Origin: Octopus sinensis
Lineage: Eukaryota
Assembly: GCF_006345805.1 (NCBI RefSeq)
Contig: NC_043010.1
Coordinates: 6,386,001-6,450,000 of the forward strand
Length of the DNA: 64,000 nt
Direction of reading: 5' to 3'
Shown: positions 40,832 to 54,613 of the stretch, piece after piece
Position numbering within the stretch: position 1 is the stretch's first letter
Layout of the letters: each line of letters opens with the position of its first letter
The notes under the pieces: generated by a model
Database searches by the model: none
What the model saw: the letters and a program-made list of their open reading frames with translations, nothing else
Told to the model about the DNA's origin: nothing
Position numbers and translations under genes: made by a program

Positions 40832-41002
40832 GGCGCAGGAGTGGCTGTGGGGTAAGTAGCTTGTTTACCAACCACATGGTTCCGGGTTCAGTCCCACTGC
40901 GTGGCACCTTGGGCAAGTGTCTTCAACTATAGCCTCGGGCCGACGAAAGCCTTGTGAGTGGATTTGGTAGACGGAAACTGAAAGAAGCCCGTCGTATATA
41001 TG

Positions 41003-41033
<31 letters not shown>

Positions 41034-41258
41034 GCGTGTGTGTTTGTGTGTCTGTGTTTGTCCCCCTAGCATTGCTTGACAACCGATGCTGGTGTGTTTA
41101 TGTCCCCGTCACTTAGCGGTTCGGCAAAAGAGACCGATAGAATAAGTACTGGGCTTACAAAAGAATAAATCCCAGGGTCGAGTTGCTCGATTAAAGGTGG
41201 TGCTCCAGCATGGCCGCAGTCAAATGACTGAAACAAGTAAAAGAAAAAAAAAAAGAAA
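40832..41258 (+). mobile_element. SINE family A, full length
   Basis: ggcgcaggagtggctgtgg...aaatgactgaaacaagtaaaag. Confidence 0.9.
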
Positions 41259-41557
41259 AAAATTCATTCAGTTTGTTTATATGGTCCTAGAAACAGTCGT
41301 AGCAACAGACATGATCTGCGTCACTGGAGCCTTGGCAGTTGCCTGTTATTCTTTTACTTTTCTTCCTTTCTTAACAGATTTTTCTAGAGTGGCCTTTACT
41401 ACCACATGTGTAACAACAACTAGGTCTTCTCTCCTGTACCACCAGCTTAATTGACCTCCTCTTCACCCACACACTGGGACACAGCTCCATTATAGTCTTA
41501 TAACGTTCAGAAATTATAAGGATCTAGATGTCCATGTAAAACTTCACCTGACCTATA

Positions 41558-41722
41558 GGCATAGAAGTGGCTGTGTGGTAAGTAGCTTGCTTACGAACCA
41601 CATGGCTCCGGGTTCAGTCCCACTGCATGGCGCCTTGGGCAAGTGTCTTCTACTATAGCCTCGGGCTGACCAAAGCCTTGTGAGTGGATTTGGTAGACGG
41701 AAACTGAAAGAAGCCCGTTGTA

Positions 41723-41756
<34 letters not shown>

Positions 41757-41979
41757 TATGTTTGTGTGTTGTGTTTGTCCCCACCAACATCGCTTGACAA
41801 CCGATGCTGGTGTGTTTACATCCCTGTAACTTAGCGGTTCGGCAAAAGAGACGATAGAATAAGTACTGGGCTTACAAAGAATAAGTCCTGGGGGTCGATT
41901 TCTTCGACTAATGGCGGTGCTCCAGCATGGCCACAGTCAAATGACTGAAACAAGTAAATGAGTAAATGAGTAAATGAGT
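41558..41979 (+). mobile_element. SINE family A, full length with variant (gagtaaat)n tail
   Basis: Matches the family A body. Confidence 0.88.
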
Positions 41980-42148
41980 GACCATACGTAATAGTGGGTC
42001 AGTTCCACAAGTCCCACTTGTATTTCTTCACCACACATATGCTTCTAGTATTTGTCTGTGGGTAGGAGTGCTGTACACCAGCTCTACTAATCTCATCTCA
42101 TTTTCTGTTTTAAACACCAAGACTATTGCTTATGTATTCCCTTATTCT

Positions 42149-42568
42149 TATTTCTTTATTGCCCACAAGGGGTTAAAAATAGAAGGACAAACAAGGACAG
42201 ACAAAGGGATTAAGTCAATTACATCGATCGACCCCAGTGCGTAACTGGCACTTAATTTATCGACCCCAAAAGGATGAAAGGCAAAGTCGACTTTGGCAGA
42301 ATTTGAACTCAGAACATAGCGGCAGATGAAATACCTATTTCTTTACTACCCACAAGGGGCTAAACACAGAGAGGACAAACAAGGACAGACAAACGGAATA
42401 AGTCGATTATATCGACCCCAGTGCGTAACTGGTACTTATTTAATCGACCCCGAAAGGATGAAAGGCAAAGTCGACTTTGGCAGAATTTGAACTCAGAACA
42501 TAGCGGCAGATGAAATACCACTGATCATTTCGCCCAGTGTGCTAACGTTTCTGCCGGCTCGCCGCCTT
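42149..42568 (-). mobile_element. SINE family B dimer (head-body-tail plus second body-tail)
   Basis: The core and tail occur twice, joined at gaaatacc|tatttc (about 42335). Confidence 0.85.
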
Positions 42569-42975
42569 TCTTAATTCCATATTCCCTAATTCTTTTACAC
42601 ATCAACCAGAACTGCTTCCTTTTTCATTCTGAAGCCCTATGACAATCTTTCTTCCTCTCTTTTTTCTGGTTCTCTTTCTTTGAAGATAGAAATAAATCAT
42701 CTTTCTCCTTAGCCCATCCTTGATGAATTCTTAAAGTAAACAAGCACTTTTTTGTGCCATGCCACTTGCGTGATTCTTCCTTTATCTAGAGTTGACCTTC
42801 ATTTATCCACATTATTCATATTCACACACATTTTATTTTTCTTGCTAGTATAGATTACACGAATGTTTTACACCTGGATGCCCTTTCTGTTACTAATCCT
42901 TACCTGTTTTTCAAGTAAGGAATATCTTATTCCACATGAGAGCAACATCAATGTTCACGACTGTAAGTAAACAAG

Positions 42976-43025
<50 letters not shown>

Positions 43026-44903
43026 AACACACATAAACACAAACACACACACAAACACAAACCCAATCACACACACACACACACACAAACACAAACACAA
43101 TCACACACACACACACATCCACACACACACACACATACACACATCCACACACAACAAGCACTTTCAGTTTCTGTTTAACAAGTCTAATCCCTTTTGTTCG
43201 GCTCAGAGCTGTAGTAGAAGACACTTGACCAAACCAGAGCATAGTGGGACCGAACCCCAGAACCATATGTTTAGAAAGCAAACTTCTCAGTCCCAGACCC
43301 ATGTTTGTACATTTACTTCTTTTAGCTTTCAATTGATGAGTTAATTGCTTTGCTCTCATTTGCATTGTTTGTGCCAACATCATTGAATTAGCATTTTGCA
43401 TGTCAAATTGTGATTGACACTGTTTCTAAGTAGGTCCATTTGCTTCCTCGTCAATTTTTTTCCTGTTTATACATTTTATTTTCTTTTAAATCCATTTTCT
43501 TATTTGTTAAAAATTGTGGTGGTGGTGGTAGTGTTTGGTGGGGCATATTCACTGTTACCACCTTTATGGTTAGTACTGCTTTCCACTACCTCTAGAGTTG
43601 GCCATATTGACCCAGTATTAAATAAGCCAAAATGTAATTTTGCAAAGCTATCCTCCTCCTCCTCCTCATCATCATCATCATCATCACCACCACCAGCTTT
43701 ATGGCTACTTATAAGCCTTTTGGTTGGCCGTGGGTCTATAGAAGAAGAAACTTGTCCAAGGCGCCATTGCAAAATAAGATGCATGGGAATGAACTTTCTT
43801 TCTTTCTTTTCTATTCCTGATATCCCTCTGCAAACTGGGTGTCCTTTGAATGTAACAATGTTTAGATAAACCAGGAATTTTCCACAACCCGTGAGATATT
43901 GTCTATTTGCTGTCCATAGATTTGTGATGTTGGTATTTACCTGCTGTCTTGCCATTTTGCTAACTGTAACATATACAGAAAGATGACCCCTATAGATGAG
44001 ACCACCCTAACATAAATTAAGTGAATTTACCTGTGTAACTGAGGTGTTGCAGTAACACATGATGCTCTTCAGCACACCTGTGTTCAATGATCTTCCAGTT
44101 GTGGCCATCCCATCTTTTTTTTTTACATCCATGATACTTGTTCTTTCAAAATGGGTGGGATTTGTTGATTTTGGGATTTGTTGATTTTGATATTAACTTC
44201 ACTGCCACACCCTTTTCCAGCACCATCATAATCACTTTAATTTTTTACCATTCTTGACCTTGGTAAGATCATTTACCATGGCCATCACTTGTTTAGGATT
44301 GATTCAAATATGGTAAACTTGGAAGAAAATAATTTCTAAATAGAGACCTGTGAAGACATGTGTGCTTGTGTGTATGCATGCATATGTGTGTGTCCATGTG
44401 CATGTGTGTGTATATGTGTGACCCCCCATGAGTCTGTTTGTATGCATGTGTACATGTATGTATTTATTTATGTGTCTGTGTGTGACTATACATACACATA
44501 TATCATTACTATCATCATTAATATCTATTTTTCAGGTTGGCATGGGTTGGATGGTTTGACGGGAGCTGGTGAGCCAGAGGAATGTGCCAAGCTCCAATGT
44601 CTATTATGGAATGGTTTCTATAGCTGGATACCTTTCCTAATGTCATTGTGTGTGTGAGAAAAATAAGAACTGACTCTAAGGTACACACAAGGCCTGAAAT
44701 TCTGGCAGAGTTAGGGTTAGTTAATGAAAAAAACCACAGTAGTAATAATGGAATTTAAGCTCAGAATGTAAAGCCCCAGAACTAAATTTTAGAAGAAGAT
44801 AGTTACTCTGATGTTCTAATGATTTAGTCAACCAACAAATTGTTTCTAATTCTTGTACAAGATCAGAAATTTTGAGAAGCAGAGTATGCCTATAATATTG
44901 GTT

Positions 44904-45131
44904 GGTGAGCTGGCAGAAACGTTAGCACACCGGGCGAAATGCGTAGCCGTATTTTGACTGCCGTTACGTTCTGGGTTCAAATTCTGCCGAGGTCGACTTT
45001 GCCTTTCATCCTTTCGGGGTCGGTAAATTAAGTACCAGTTAGGCACTGGGGTCAATGTAATCGACTTAATCCGTTTGTCTGTCCTTATTTGTCCCCTCTG
45101 TGTTTAGCCCTTTGTGGGTAGTAAAGAAATA
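44904..45131 (+). mobile_element. SINE family B with 13-bp target-site duplication
   Basis: TSD tataatattggtt at 44891-44903 and 45132-45144. Confidence 0.9.
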
Positions 45132-46549
45132 TATAATATTGGTTCCAAATTTTGGCACAGAACCAGCAGTTTCAGGGAAAGAGAAAAAGTTGATTACACC
45201 AATACCAGTGTTCAACTGGTACTTATTTTATCAACCTGGAAAGTAAGAAAGGCTAAGTTGACCTTGGTGGAATTTGAACTAAAAACATAAAGGAGGACAA
45301 AATGCTGTTAAGCATTTTTTCTGGCATATTAACAATTCCGTCAGTTCCTCTAACATTGACCTCAATAATTAACTGGTAATATTCTTTATCTTCCCTGACT
45401 TCGGTGAAACTGACTTTGGTGAGATTCAAACTCAGAATGTGAAGAGTCAGAGGAAATGCTACTGAGAATTTTGTTCAACTTGCTAACAATTCTGCCGGAT
45501 AATAAATAAATAAGTGTGAAATATCCTTTGCTCATTTAGGATGTGTTGTATTGTTAAAATCTAAGCATGAAATATAAATTTGTGTATACTTTTGAAATGT
45601 AATGTTTCAGAATGAGGGTAACTTTAAAAGAAGAAGAAGATGAAGAGGGAAAAAAAGAAGAAAATGAATGAAGAATTTTTTTAGAAAATGGCAAAAAATA
45701 ACAAATTCATTGTATGCTTTGTATGCATACTTGTATATTAAAATTTGAATTATTAAGTGTTGTTATGGTTTCTCGCAACTATTTCTTCTTTGTTAAAGAA
45801 GCACTGACTGGCTACTGGTATATCTCTTAATAAAAAGATCAAGTAGATTGTAGTGTTGTTTTTATGGACATTTACCTCTTCTGATAAAAAAGAAAATAAA
45901 TTATATCATTTCCAAAATATTTCATTAAAAAAAAAAAAAAGAAAATATAACAAAATGAATAAAAAATGCAAAAAAATAAAACAAATAATACAAAGCAAAC
46001 AAAACTATAAAATAAAAATAACACACACACACACACACACAAAGATGCAAATAAAGAACAATAAAAACTAATACAAAATTACAGCAAAAAATTTGCAAAA
46101 TATAACAAAGTAAAAATAAATTCCTATTTATTTTATTAATTTGTATTATCATTATTTTTTTTATCTTGAAGATTATAATTTTTCTCAGTGAGTATAAATG
46201 TATAAATATTCTGGAAAAGACAAAAAAAAAAGAAAGAAAAAAGGAAAGAAAAAATAATAATAACTGACAATTGCTCAGAGAAAAATTTCAATTTTTAATT
46301 CATGCTGATAATTCTAATTTAAACTTGAAATAGGTCTCCTTCACATTGCTAATGAAGAATTAAGCCTGGTTTTCTAATTGAAATAAAATGATTTATATAA
46401 CATATAGAAATATGGATCTTTTTTAGCATTTTCAATGAATTTATATTATCATAGAAAAACAATACAGGAGAAGAGCTGAAATATTAAGACTGGCTTGTGT
46501 GAAAGAGTGTGTGTGTATTGTGTGTGTGTGTGTGAATGAGGCATACCAA

Positions 46550-46724
46550 TACCACCACCACCACCACCACCACTGCCGATACCACAACTAATGCCACCAC
46601 CTCCGTCATCATCATCATCATCGACACCGTTGTAATTACAGGCTCCATAAAAATTACGATGATGACGATGATGATGATGATGACAATGACAGCAATGATG
46701 TCGAGTATGAAAATGAGGTTGATA

Positions 46725-46757
<33 letters not shown>

Positions 46758-47340
46758 ATGATCATGATGATGGTGACAATGATGATGATGATGATGATGA
46801 TGATGATGTTGATGAGGATTATGATGATGATGGTGGTGGTGATGATGATGACGGTGATGTTGATGATGATGATGAGGAGGAGGAGGAGGAGGAGGAGGAT
46901 GATGATCAACATCATCATCATCATCTGCAACTGCAGCATCACCACCAATTCCATCACTACCATCATCATCATCATCATAATCATCATCTGCAGCAGGAGC
47001 ACCACCACCACCACCACCACCACCACCGCCGCCACCACCGCCGCCACCACCGCCACTACCACCATCACCACCATCTCACTACTACTCATCCATTCATCCA
47101 TTCCCCCCCTTCTCCGTCTCTGCCTACAACTCATTCAAAGCAGAAAAAAATTTCTTATTACTTTGGTTATCAATTTTGCTATCAATTAGTTGTTGTAGTT
47201 GTTGTTGTAGTTGTTGCTGTTATTACTGCTGCTGCTGCTGCTGCTGTTTGCTGTTGTTATTACTGTTGTTGTTGTTGTTGTTGTTGTTCTTATCCTTTTT
47301 ACTGTCATTGCTGCAATTGTTGTTTTGTTACTTCCTTTCC

Positions 47341-47392
<52 letters not shown>

Positions 47393-47710
47393 TAATAATA
47401 ATAATAATAACAACAACAACAATAGTTGTAGTTGTAGTTGTTGTTATCATTAGCATTCTTACTTTACTGCCATTTTTTCAATCATTATTTATTGTTGTAA
47501 TTATTGTTGTTGTAGAATTGATTATTCTTGTTGTTATTGTTATCATCATTATCATTATCATCATCATCGTCATCATCATCATCATCATCATGAGCAGCAA
47601 CAGCACTACCATTATCATCATCACCTGCAACTCTATCATAATTTTTAATAATCAGGAGAAAGAAAGCATCATCATCATCATCATCACCATCCTCATCATC
47701 ATCATCATTT
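46550..47710. repeat. In-register trinucleotide mosaic (CAC, GAT, GAG, CAT, GTT, TAA)
   Basis: Direct reading. Confidence 0.95.
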
Positions 47711-50083
47711 ACTTCTTTATTTATTATTTGCATTATTCTTTGATATTTCAAGCTAATTTTCTGACTACTTCTGAAATCAATAGAGAAGCTTCAATAAGCA
47801 GAACAGAAGTAGAAACACGATAAATTTTAGGAAAAGAAAAAAAAAAACCCAAAAAATTATAACAAAAGCAAAAACAGAAAAAAAAATCTCTAAATATGAT
47901 TTTCAAAGACTCTCAGAGATAATTACTCTTGGATAATTGGGTTGTTTAATGAAGATGGTTTGTCATATTAGAAAAATCAATTTTGAAAAGGAAGGGGAGC
48001 CAACACAACGATGAATAGTCCGAATTCTTAGAGTGCACGGTAAGAATTTTCAAGGGAGAAAACTCAGAAATATTTGCATAGAAAAGAAATTCAATTTGGT
48101 GTTGAGATTTGACATTTTGATAGAACAAATGAGAATAGTTTTTCCTATTAGAGAAAGATTATTCATCAGGTTAACTTCAGAATTTTCGCTCTTGACTTTT
48201 TATTTTACCTCACTTTTTAAAACTCCTTCTCTGCAGATTATTTTCAGATATTTGCTCTGTATTGAATTTTAAATGGTTACCATTTATGTACAGAATTACA
48301 AGATATTTCCATTAATATTGTTGCTTTTGTTTGAAAAGAAAATATCTGCCTTTTTCCTCTTTTTACTATTTTTCACTGTTTTTCTTCTTTTCTCGTTTTG
48401 CTTAGTAATTATTGTGACAAAAAAAACCCCTCCAAAAATACAAAAACAAAAACGAGAAACTTTCATATCTTTTTGTCAATACGAATCTATTTGTTGTATT
48501 TCTGGAAGATAGATTTGGATCAGTTTCCAAAGGAAGCAATAAACAGATAACAGAGTAATAAACAGAATGAAATTATCTGTAATTTATGCAAATATATTAG
48601 CAAGAACTAAATAGGAATGATTTCTTTTTCTCTCTTTCTTTTCCCTTCAATTTTTTATTTTTAACTACAAAGAACAAAAGAAAAAGAAAAGAAAAAAGAC
48701 AGAATAATCGACTTCAAAAGTAAATAACAATAAATTCTTAAAAAATAAAGAATATGAATGTATTTTCTATTATCACTTACATACTTCTCAATTTGGAATA
48801 ATTCCTTTTCTCTCTATTCCTTTATTTTTTTTATATTCTCCTTGGAGATTGCCAACTAAAATTTGAGTTAAAAAGATTTAAATACATTTAAAATGGAGCA
48901 ATGCATTTCTTTCTATTGTTACTTGTCTTTTAAATGCCAATTATGCTCAAGAATATTTGAGAGGAGATAAAGTAAATTGTGTTTTATTGTCTCACAGAAT
49001 GAACAAAATAAGTCAATATGCAAACTTTTTGATGATAGAATTTATTGGAATTGTGTTCAACAACCATTCTCGTTTCATAGCATAACAGTTGTATTGTAAA
49101 ATATCTATCTATATATCAAATGTGTATACATCAATATGTGCATGTGTGTGAGTGCATGCGTGCATGTGTGTGTATGTGTGTGTGTGTGTGTATGTGTGTG
49201 TGTAAGTTCAAAACTCTGGTATATGAAATAGCATCAGAGACTGCTTATATGTGTTGAAATAAAAAAAAAATTTTTCCATGAACAGCCTATACCATCCAAA
49301 TCTTTAGAGATAATATCACCCTTTATTCTTTCCTAGACTTTCATGCCCAGTGTCACCCACATACATACTAGACATCTGATGCCAAATTTGCATTGATGAC
49401 ATGAACAGAAAACCTTGAAAGCATCTTCCAATCTTGTCTGTTTCATCAGTAAAAACACAATCAGTGCTAAAAGAAGAAAAAAAATTATTGCATTAAATCC
49501 CTCTCCCTAGACATGAGCAGTTTACTACAAAAGCCCATTTTATTACTACAAATTCTAAGCGACACTATTATTTAGAGACTTTTTTGGTGAAAGAACAACT
49601 TTAACAAAGCAAAGGCTGCATCTTGAAGACTGGCACTTCTCTTTAGTGCTGTGTTTCTCAGCCAATTTTTTACCTATGGATCCCTTTGATTATTGTTATA
49701 TTCTGGTGGATCCCCACAATCAGGCAATGCTTAAAAATCTAACAGTGTTCAGATTTCAATGACATTATTGTTTACTTTTAGAATGATATTGTAGGGTTGG
49801 TGCGAAAGGCTGGATCTGGCTGATTTGAATATAAAACCGGTAGAACAAATGGGCTAGATATGACTCATTTAAATGCTAAAGAGTTAATGCCACTACCTGT
49901 TTCTTGGGTAATTTTATTGCAAGAATATTGCAAGAATTCAGACCAGATTTCCAATTGTGGATAAATTCCTCATGCAAATTTTGATGGCCTGAAAAATTTA
50001 AAGGTCAGAGGCATTGCTTTTCTCTCCTTATCTAAGCTGTAAATACATGCACATACACACATACACAGATGAACACACACAGA

Positions 50084-50357
50084 TTTTTTTCACGCTGAGA
50101 GTTGCTGAAGCATGGAACAAACTGCAGGCATCAGTTGTTAGTTGTCGGAGAACTGCATCCTTCAAAACTTCCATGCTTTCTGAGATTCGCCAACACTACA
50201 CCTGATTTTCTCCCCTCCATACACACACAAGCATGTATCTGACTCATACATTGTTCACTTTCCAGACATTTTTACATTACTGCATACACTTTATACGCAC
50301 TTTCTGACAAGTTGTGGTGCACCTGAGCACTGTATACAATAATTTCATTATTATTAT
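50084..50357 (+). mobile_element. CR1-type LINE 3' end
   Basis: FFTLRVAEAWNKLQASVVSCRRTASFKTSML* (typical FFxxRVxxxWNxLP end), 3'UTR and (ATT)n tail. Confidence 0.75.
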
Positions 50358-50608
50358 AGATGCACTTACAAGTACACATACACATACCTCACAACAGTTA
50401 CTTAGCATGCCAATCACACCTAACTATTTTAAAAAAAGAGTAGGATGCATATATTGTTTGAATAAAAGATAGGATAATCATATCCTGAACTCCTTTAATC
50501 ATAGGTCTGATTATTGCAAACTTAGTATAAAATAACAATATCTGTCTGTCTGTTTGTCTTTCTGTCTTTCTGTCTGTCTGTCTATCTGTCTGTCTGTCTG
50601 TCTCTCTC

Positions 50609-50643
<35 letters not shown>

Positions 50644-50644
<1 letters not shown>

Positions 50645-50907
50645 CTCTTACGATAAAAGGCAGACTTTCTCTGCCTCTCACATGTTAACACCAAAAATTA
50701 TTTACATCAAAAAGGTGCTTTTTTCTATGGAAATCCCTATTTTTTACGAATTTTTCACTCCTGTGTCACCACTTTTCGGTGTATTTCAACCAGAAAAATG
50801 TTCACTTGAAGAGAATAACAAGCTACATAATGCAAAATTTTTACTTTTCAAAAATTCCAATTCTAAAGGGTCGAAACAAACCCGAGCAACGCCGGGCGAT
50901 ACTACTA

Positions 50908-50908
<1 letters not shown>
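50644..50908 (+). mobile_element. Non-autonomous Helitron
   Basis: 5' A|TC start, 3' hairpin cccg-a-gc-aac-gc-cggg (50881-50896) followed by CTAG|T, inserted in a (TA)n tract. Confidence 0.7.
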
Positions 50909-50957
<49 letters not shown>

Positions 50958-51364
50958 TTATATATATACATATATATATAATGAGTTGTAAATTACTATC
51001 AGGTCAGCATCAGTCGAACAGATCTATGCAGATTTCTCTGTAATCTGATACCCTTGGCTACAAATCTCCTCTACACAGACACATTTTATTTCTTTATGAT
51101 CAGATTCTTCCTTGGCTTAATTTTACCCAGTTGTTGTAGTAGTTCATATTACAATGCTATGATCATGTCAGTATGAATACTGACAATTAATAATGAAACT
51201 CTGAAGATTTGGCAGTGTAATCACCCTCTAAGATATTTCTTTTAAAACTGATATTTATTTATTATTAATGAAATAATGAGATTATAAAACTAAATATTAT
51301 TTAAACAGACTGTGTATGTATGTTTCTGTCTGTCTGTCTGTCTCTCTCTCTATATATATATATT

Positions 51365-51395
<31 letters not shown>

Positions 51396-51677
51396 ATATA
51401 TATACATACATACATGCATGCATACATACATATATATATATATATATACAAGTGAAGATACATAGCTTGTGTTCTTGAGCAAAGCACTTCATTTCATGTT
51501 GTTCTGTAATCATTTCAACATCTGACATGTGGTACCCAGTTGCACCTGTACAGGTAATGTTGAAAAGATGCAGGGAGTGACCTTATGTCTGCACAGACAT
51601 TTGATCACTATGAACAAATCATCTGTGTGTTTGTTCAGTAAGAAATTGTTGAACCTCATACAGTGGGAGAGTCCATT

Positions 51678-51740
<63 letters not shown>

Positions 51741-51742
<2 letters not shown>

Positions 51743-52180
51743 TCTTTTACTCTTTTACTCTTTTACTCTTTTACTCTTTTACTTGTTACAGTCATTTGAC
51801 TGCGGCCATGCTGAAGCACCGCCTTTAGTCGAGCAACTCGACCCCGGGACTTATTCTTTTGTAAGCCCAGTACTTATTCTATCGGTCTCTTTTGCCGAAC
51901 CGCTAAGTAATGGGGACATAAACACACCAGCATCGGTTGTCAAGCAATGCTAGGGGGACAAACACAGACACACAAACATATACACACACACATACATATA
52001 TATATATATACATATATACGACAGGCTTCTTTCGTGTTTCTGTCTACCAAATCCACTCACAAGGCATTGGTCGGCCCAGGGCTATAGCAGAAGACACTTG
52101 CCCAAGATGCCACGCAGTGGGACTGAACCCGGAACCATGTGGTTGGTTAGCAAGCTACTTACCACACAGCCACTCCTGCG
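51741..52180 (-). mobile_element. SINE family A, full length
   Basis: Matches family A; four-unit (gagtaaaa) tail. Confidence 0.9.
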
Positions 52181-52494
52181 ACTATATATATATATATATA
52201 TATATCATAACTGTCTGACAAACGGGAACATGAAACTCTGAGTAACATCAAATGAAGTGTTTTGCTCAAGAACACAACACACTGCCCGGTCTGGGAATCG
52301 AGCCTATGATCTCATAACCATCTTGCAGTACCCTAACCACTAAGCCATGCACCTTCTCTGATAATCTTGCAGCTTTAATAAAAAAAATGTATTATTCTAC
52401 CTTGGGAATGCGAGTACTATTTTTCCACTTTGTTTTGGTCTCATGTGTTCACCTCTGTGTATATATATACACACACATATGTACATACATATAT

Positions 52495-52496
52495 GA

Positions 52497-52541
<45 letters not shown>

Positions 52542-52560
52542 GATATAGATAGATAGAGAT

Positions 52561-52620
<60 letters not shown>

Positions 52621-52625
52621 ATAGG
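52495..52625. repeat. (GATA)n microsatellite
   Basis: Direct reading. Confidence 0.95.
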
Positions 52626-53459
52626 TAGATAAATATAGATATATACACATGTATACATACAGGCATACATATATACATATATATGCATATATATATGTTG
52701 GTAAGATAGGTATCTACCTGATGTTCTTGTTTATTGTGTGTAGATGGTTAAAGGGAGAGGTGTGTTGTTTTATAGCGTATGTAAATATTTGCCATACAAA
52801 GACACAGAGTTTGCGATCAGTGTAACAACCAGTAGCTGCTTACATACTCAGAGCTTGTGATCTATTTAAAGACTTTTAGCATTCAGACAGACATAGAGCT
52901 TTTAAGATAAGTAAAGACTGGTGACAAACAGACACAGAGTGTATAATATTTACATTGGAACATTAACAGCATGTAGAAGAAACAGGCAAATGAAGTGCTA
53001 ATAACCAGAGCACTCTAGACTTTCTTTGAATATTCACAAATTTTATTTCATCGACAGCGTTGATCATGGCAAATTAAACAGATTACAGTTACTGGAAAGA
53101 ACAAAGTTATGGCAGCCAAATGTGTTCTACTCTTAATTGAGTAGAGAGTATTCTTTGTTGTTGAATTATAAGGAGTATAAAGACAGCTTAATGAGGAATA
53201 TTTCTATTTGAACTGAATGGGCGTAGTCTTTGGTCATAAACCAATTTAGAATTTTGTTTTTTTTTATTTTATTTTTAAAAACTTTTTTATCAAAGTGATC
53301 ATTTATGAAAATACATTTCTGCAAGAAGACAAATTGCTCTGCTGACTTAATTATGTTAATTTTTCACAAGTAGTTCATCGGAACTTGTGTCATAATCTGC
53401 ATACCTGTATCATACATAATATGCACCAGTTGTTATTTTGATATCTTATACATTTTACC

Positions 53460-53692
53460 TCTTCTTCTTCTTCTTCTTCTTGCTCTTCTTGTTCTTCTTG
53501 TTCTTGTTCTTGTTCCTCCTCCTCCTCCTCCTCCTCCTCTTCTTCTTCTTCTTCTTCTTCTTCTTCTTCTTCTTCTTCTTCTCCTTCTCCTTTTCTTCTT
53601 CTTCTCCTCCTCCTCCTCCTCCTCCTCCTTCTTCTTCTTCTTCTTCTTCTTCTTCTCTTCTTCTTATTATTATTATTATTATTATTATCATT
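53460..53692. repeat. (CTT)n/(CCT)n/(TTA)n polypyrimidine mosaic
   Basis: Direct reading. Confidence 0.95.
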
Positions 53693-53968
53693 ATTTCATT
53701 TTTCTTTATGTATTTTATGGTGTTGATCAAAGGAGGGAAGGCAGTACTCATGACCTTATTGCAGTGTTTTGAATGAGTGAAAGATCAGAGGGGGAATAAT
53801 CTGTTTAGGTTATCATAAAAAAAAAGAACAAAAACATAAAAAAAAGCATCTATAGTGCTCCAATGAGCATCGTCATATGATCTCCACCAACCCAATCCAA
53901 TTTCACTCTGAAGACCTTATGCTGACATGAAGTAATGGTAGACTGCACTTTGATTGAACATAGAATTA

Positions 53969-54613
53969 TATGAGGGGGATGCTGGAAAGTTCCTGGCTTT
54001 AAGGGTGTCACAAAAGACCTGGTTGAAGGCATCTAACCTTCTAAGTGCTTTTATAGGTCTTAGAGAAACTGCAGGACCACAGCAATGAGTGTGTGAATCT
54101 GAGAGGGGAATATGTCGTATAAAATCATAATTAATCATGGCGCAGGAGTGGCTGTGTGGTAAGTAGCTTGTTTACCAACCACATGGTTCTGGGTTCAGTC
54201 CCACTGCGTGGCATCTTGGGCAAGTGTCTTCTACTATAGCCTCGGGCCGACCAAAGCCTTGTGAGTGGATTTGGTAGACGGAAACTGAAAGAAGCCCGTC
54301 GTATATATGTATATATATATATATGTGTATGTGTGTGTGTTTGTGTGTCTGTGTTTGTCCCCCTAGCATTGCTTGACAACCGATGCTGGTGTGTTTATGT
54401 CCCCGTTACTTAGCGGTTCGGCAAAAGAGACCGATAGAATAAGTACTGGGCTTACAAAAGAATAAGTCCCGGGGTCGAGTTGCTCGATTAAAGGCGGTGC
54501 TCCAGCATGGCCGCAGTCAAATGACTGAAACAAGTAAAAGAGTAAAAGAGAGTAACTGATCCTCTTGTATTTTCATTTACCCAAACCCAGGAACTTTCCA
54601 GTCTCTCCTTGTA
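53969..54613. mobile_element. Internally deleted mariner-type element (MITE) split by a SINE
   Basis: TA|tgagggggatgctggaaagttcctggcttt ... aaacccaggaactttccagtctctccttg|TA inverted termini; gagtgtgtgaatctgagaggggaatatgt resembles the mariner transposase C-terminus (CV.LRGEYV). Confidence 0.75.
54138..54552 (+). mobile_element. SINE family A, inserted inside a mariner MITE
   Basis: Matches family A; flanks are the two halves of a mariner-type element. Confidence 0.9.

Noticed and set aside
46536-47340. Long Asp/Glu/His-rich or Met-rich open frames in the trinucleotide mosaic
   Set aside because: Frames are open on both strands because slippage occurs in units of three; no convincing splice context or domain; similar mosaics occur at 35.1 and 61.7 kb
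52900-53240. Possible very old CR1-like RT fragment (DSVDHGKL)
   Set aside because: Single short motif, too degenerate to support
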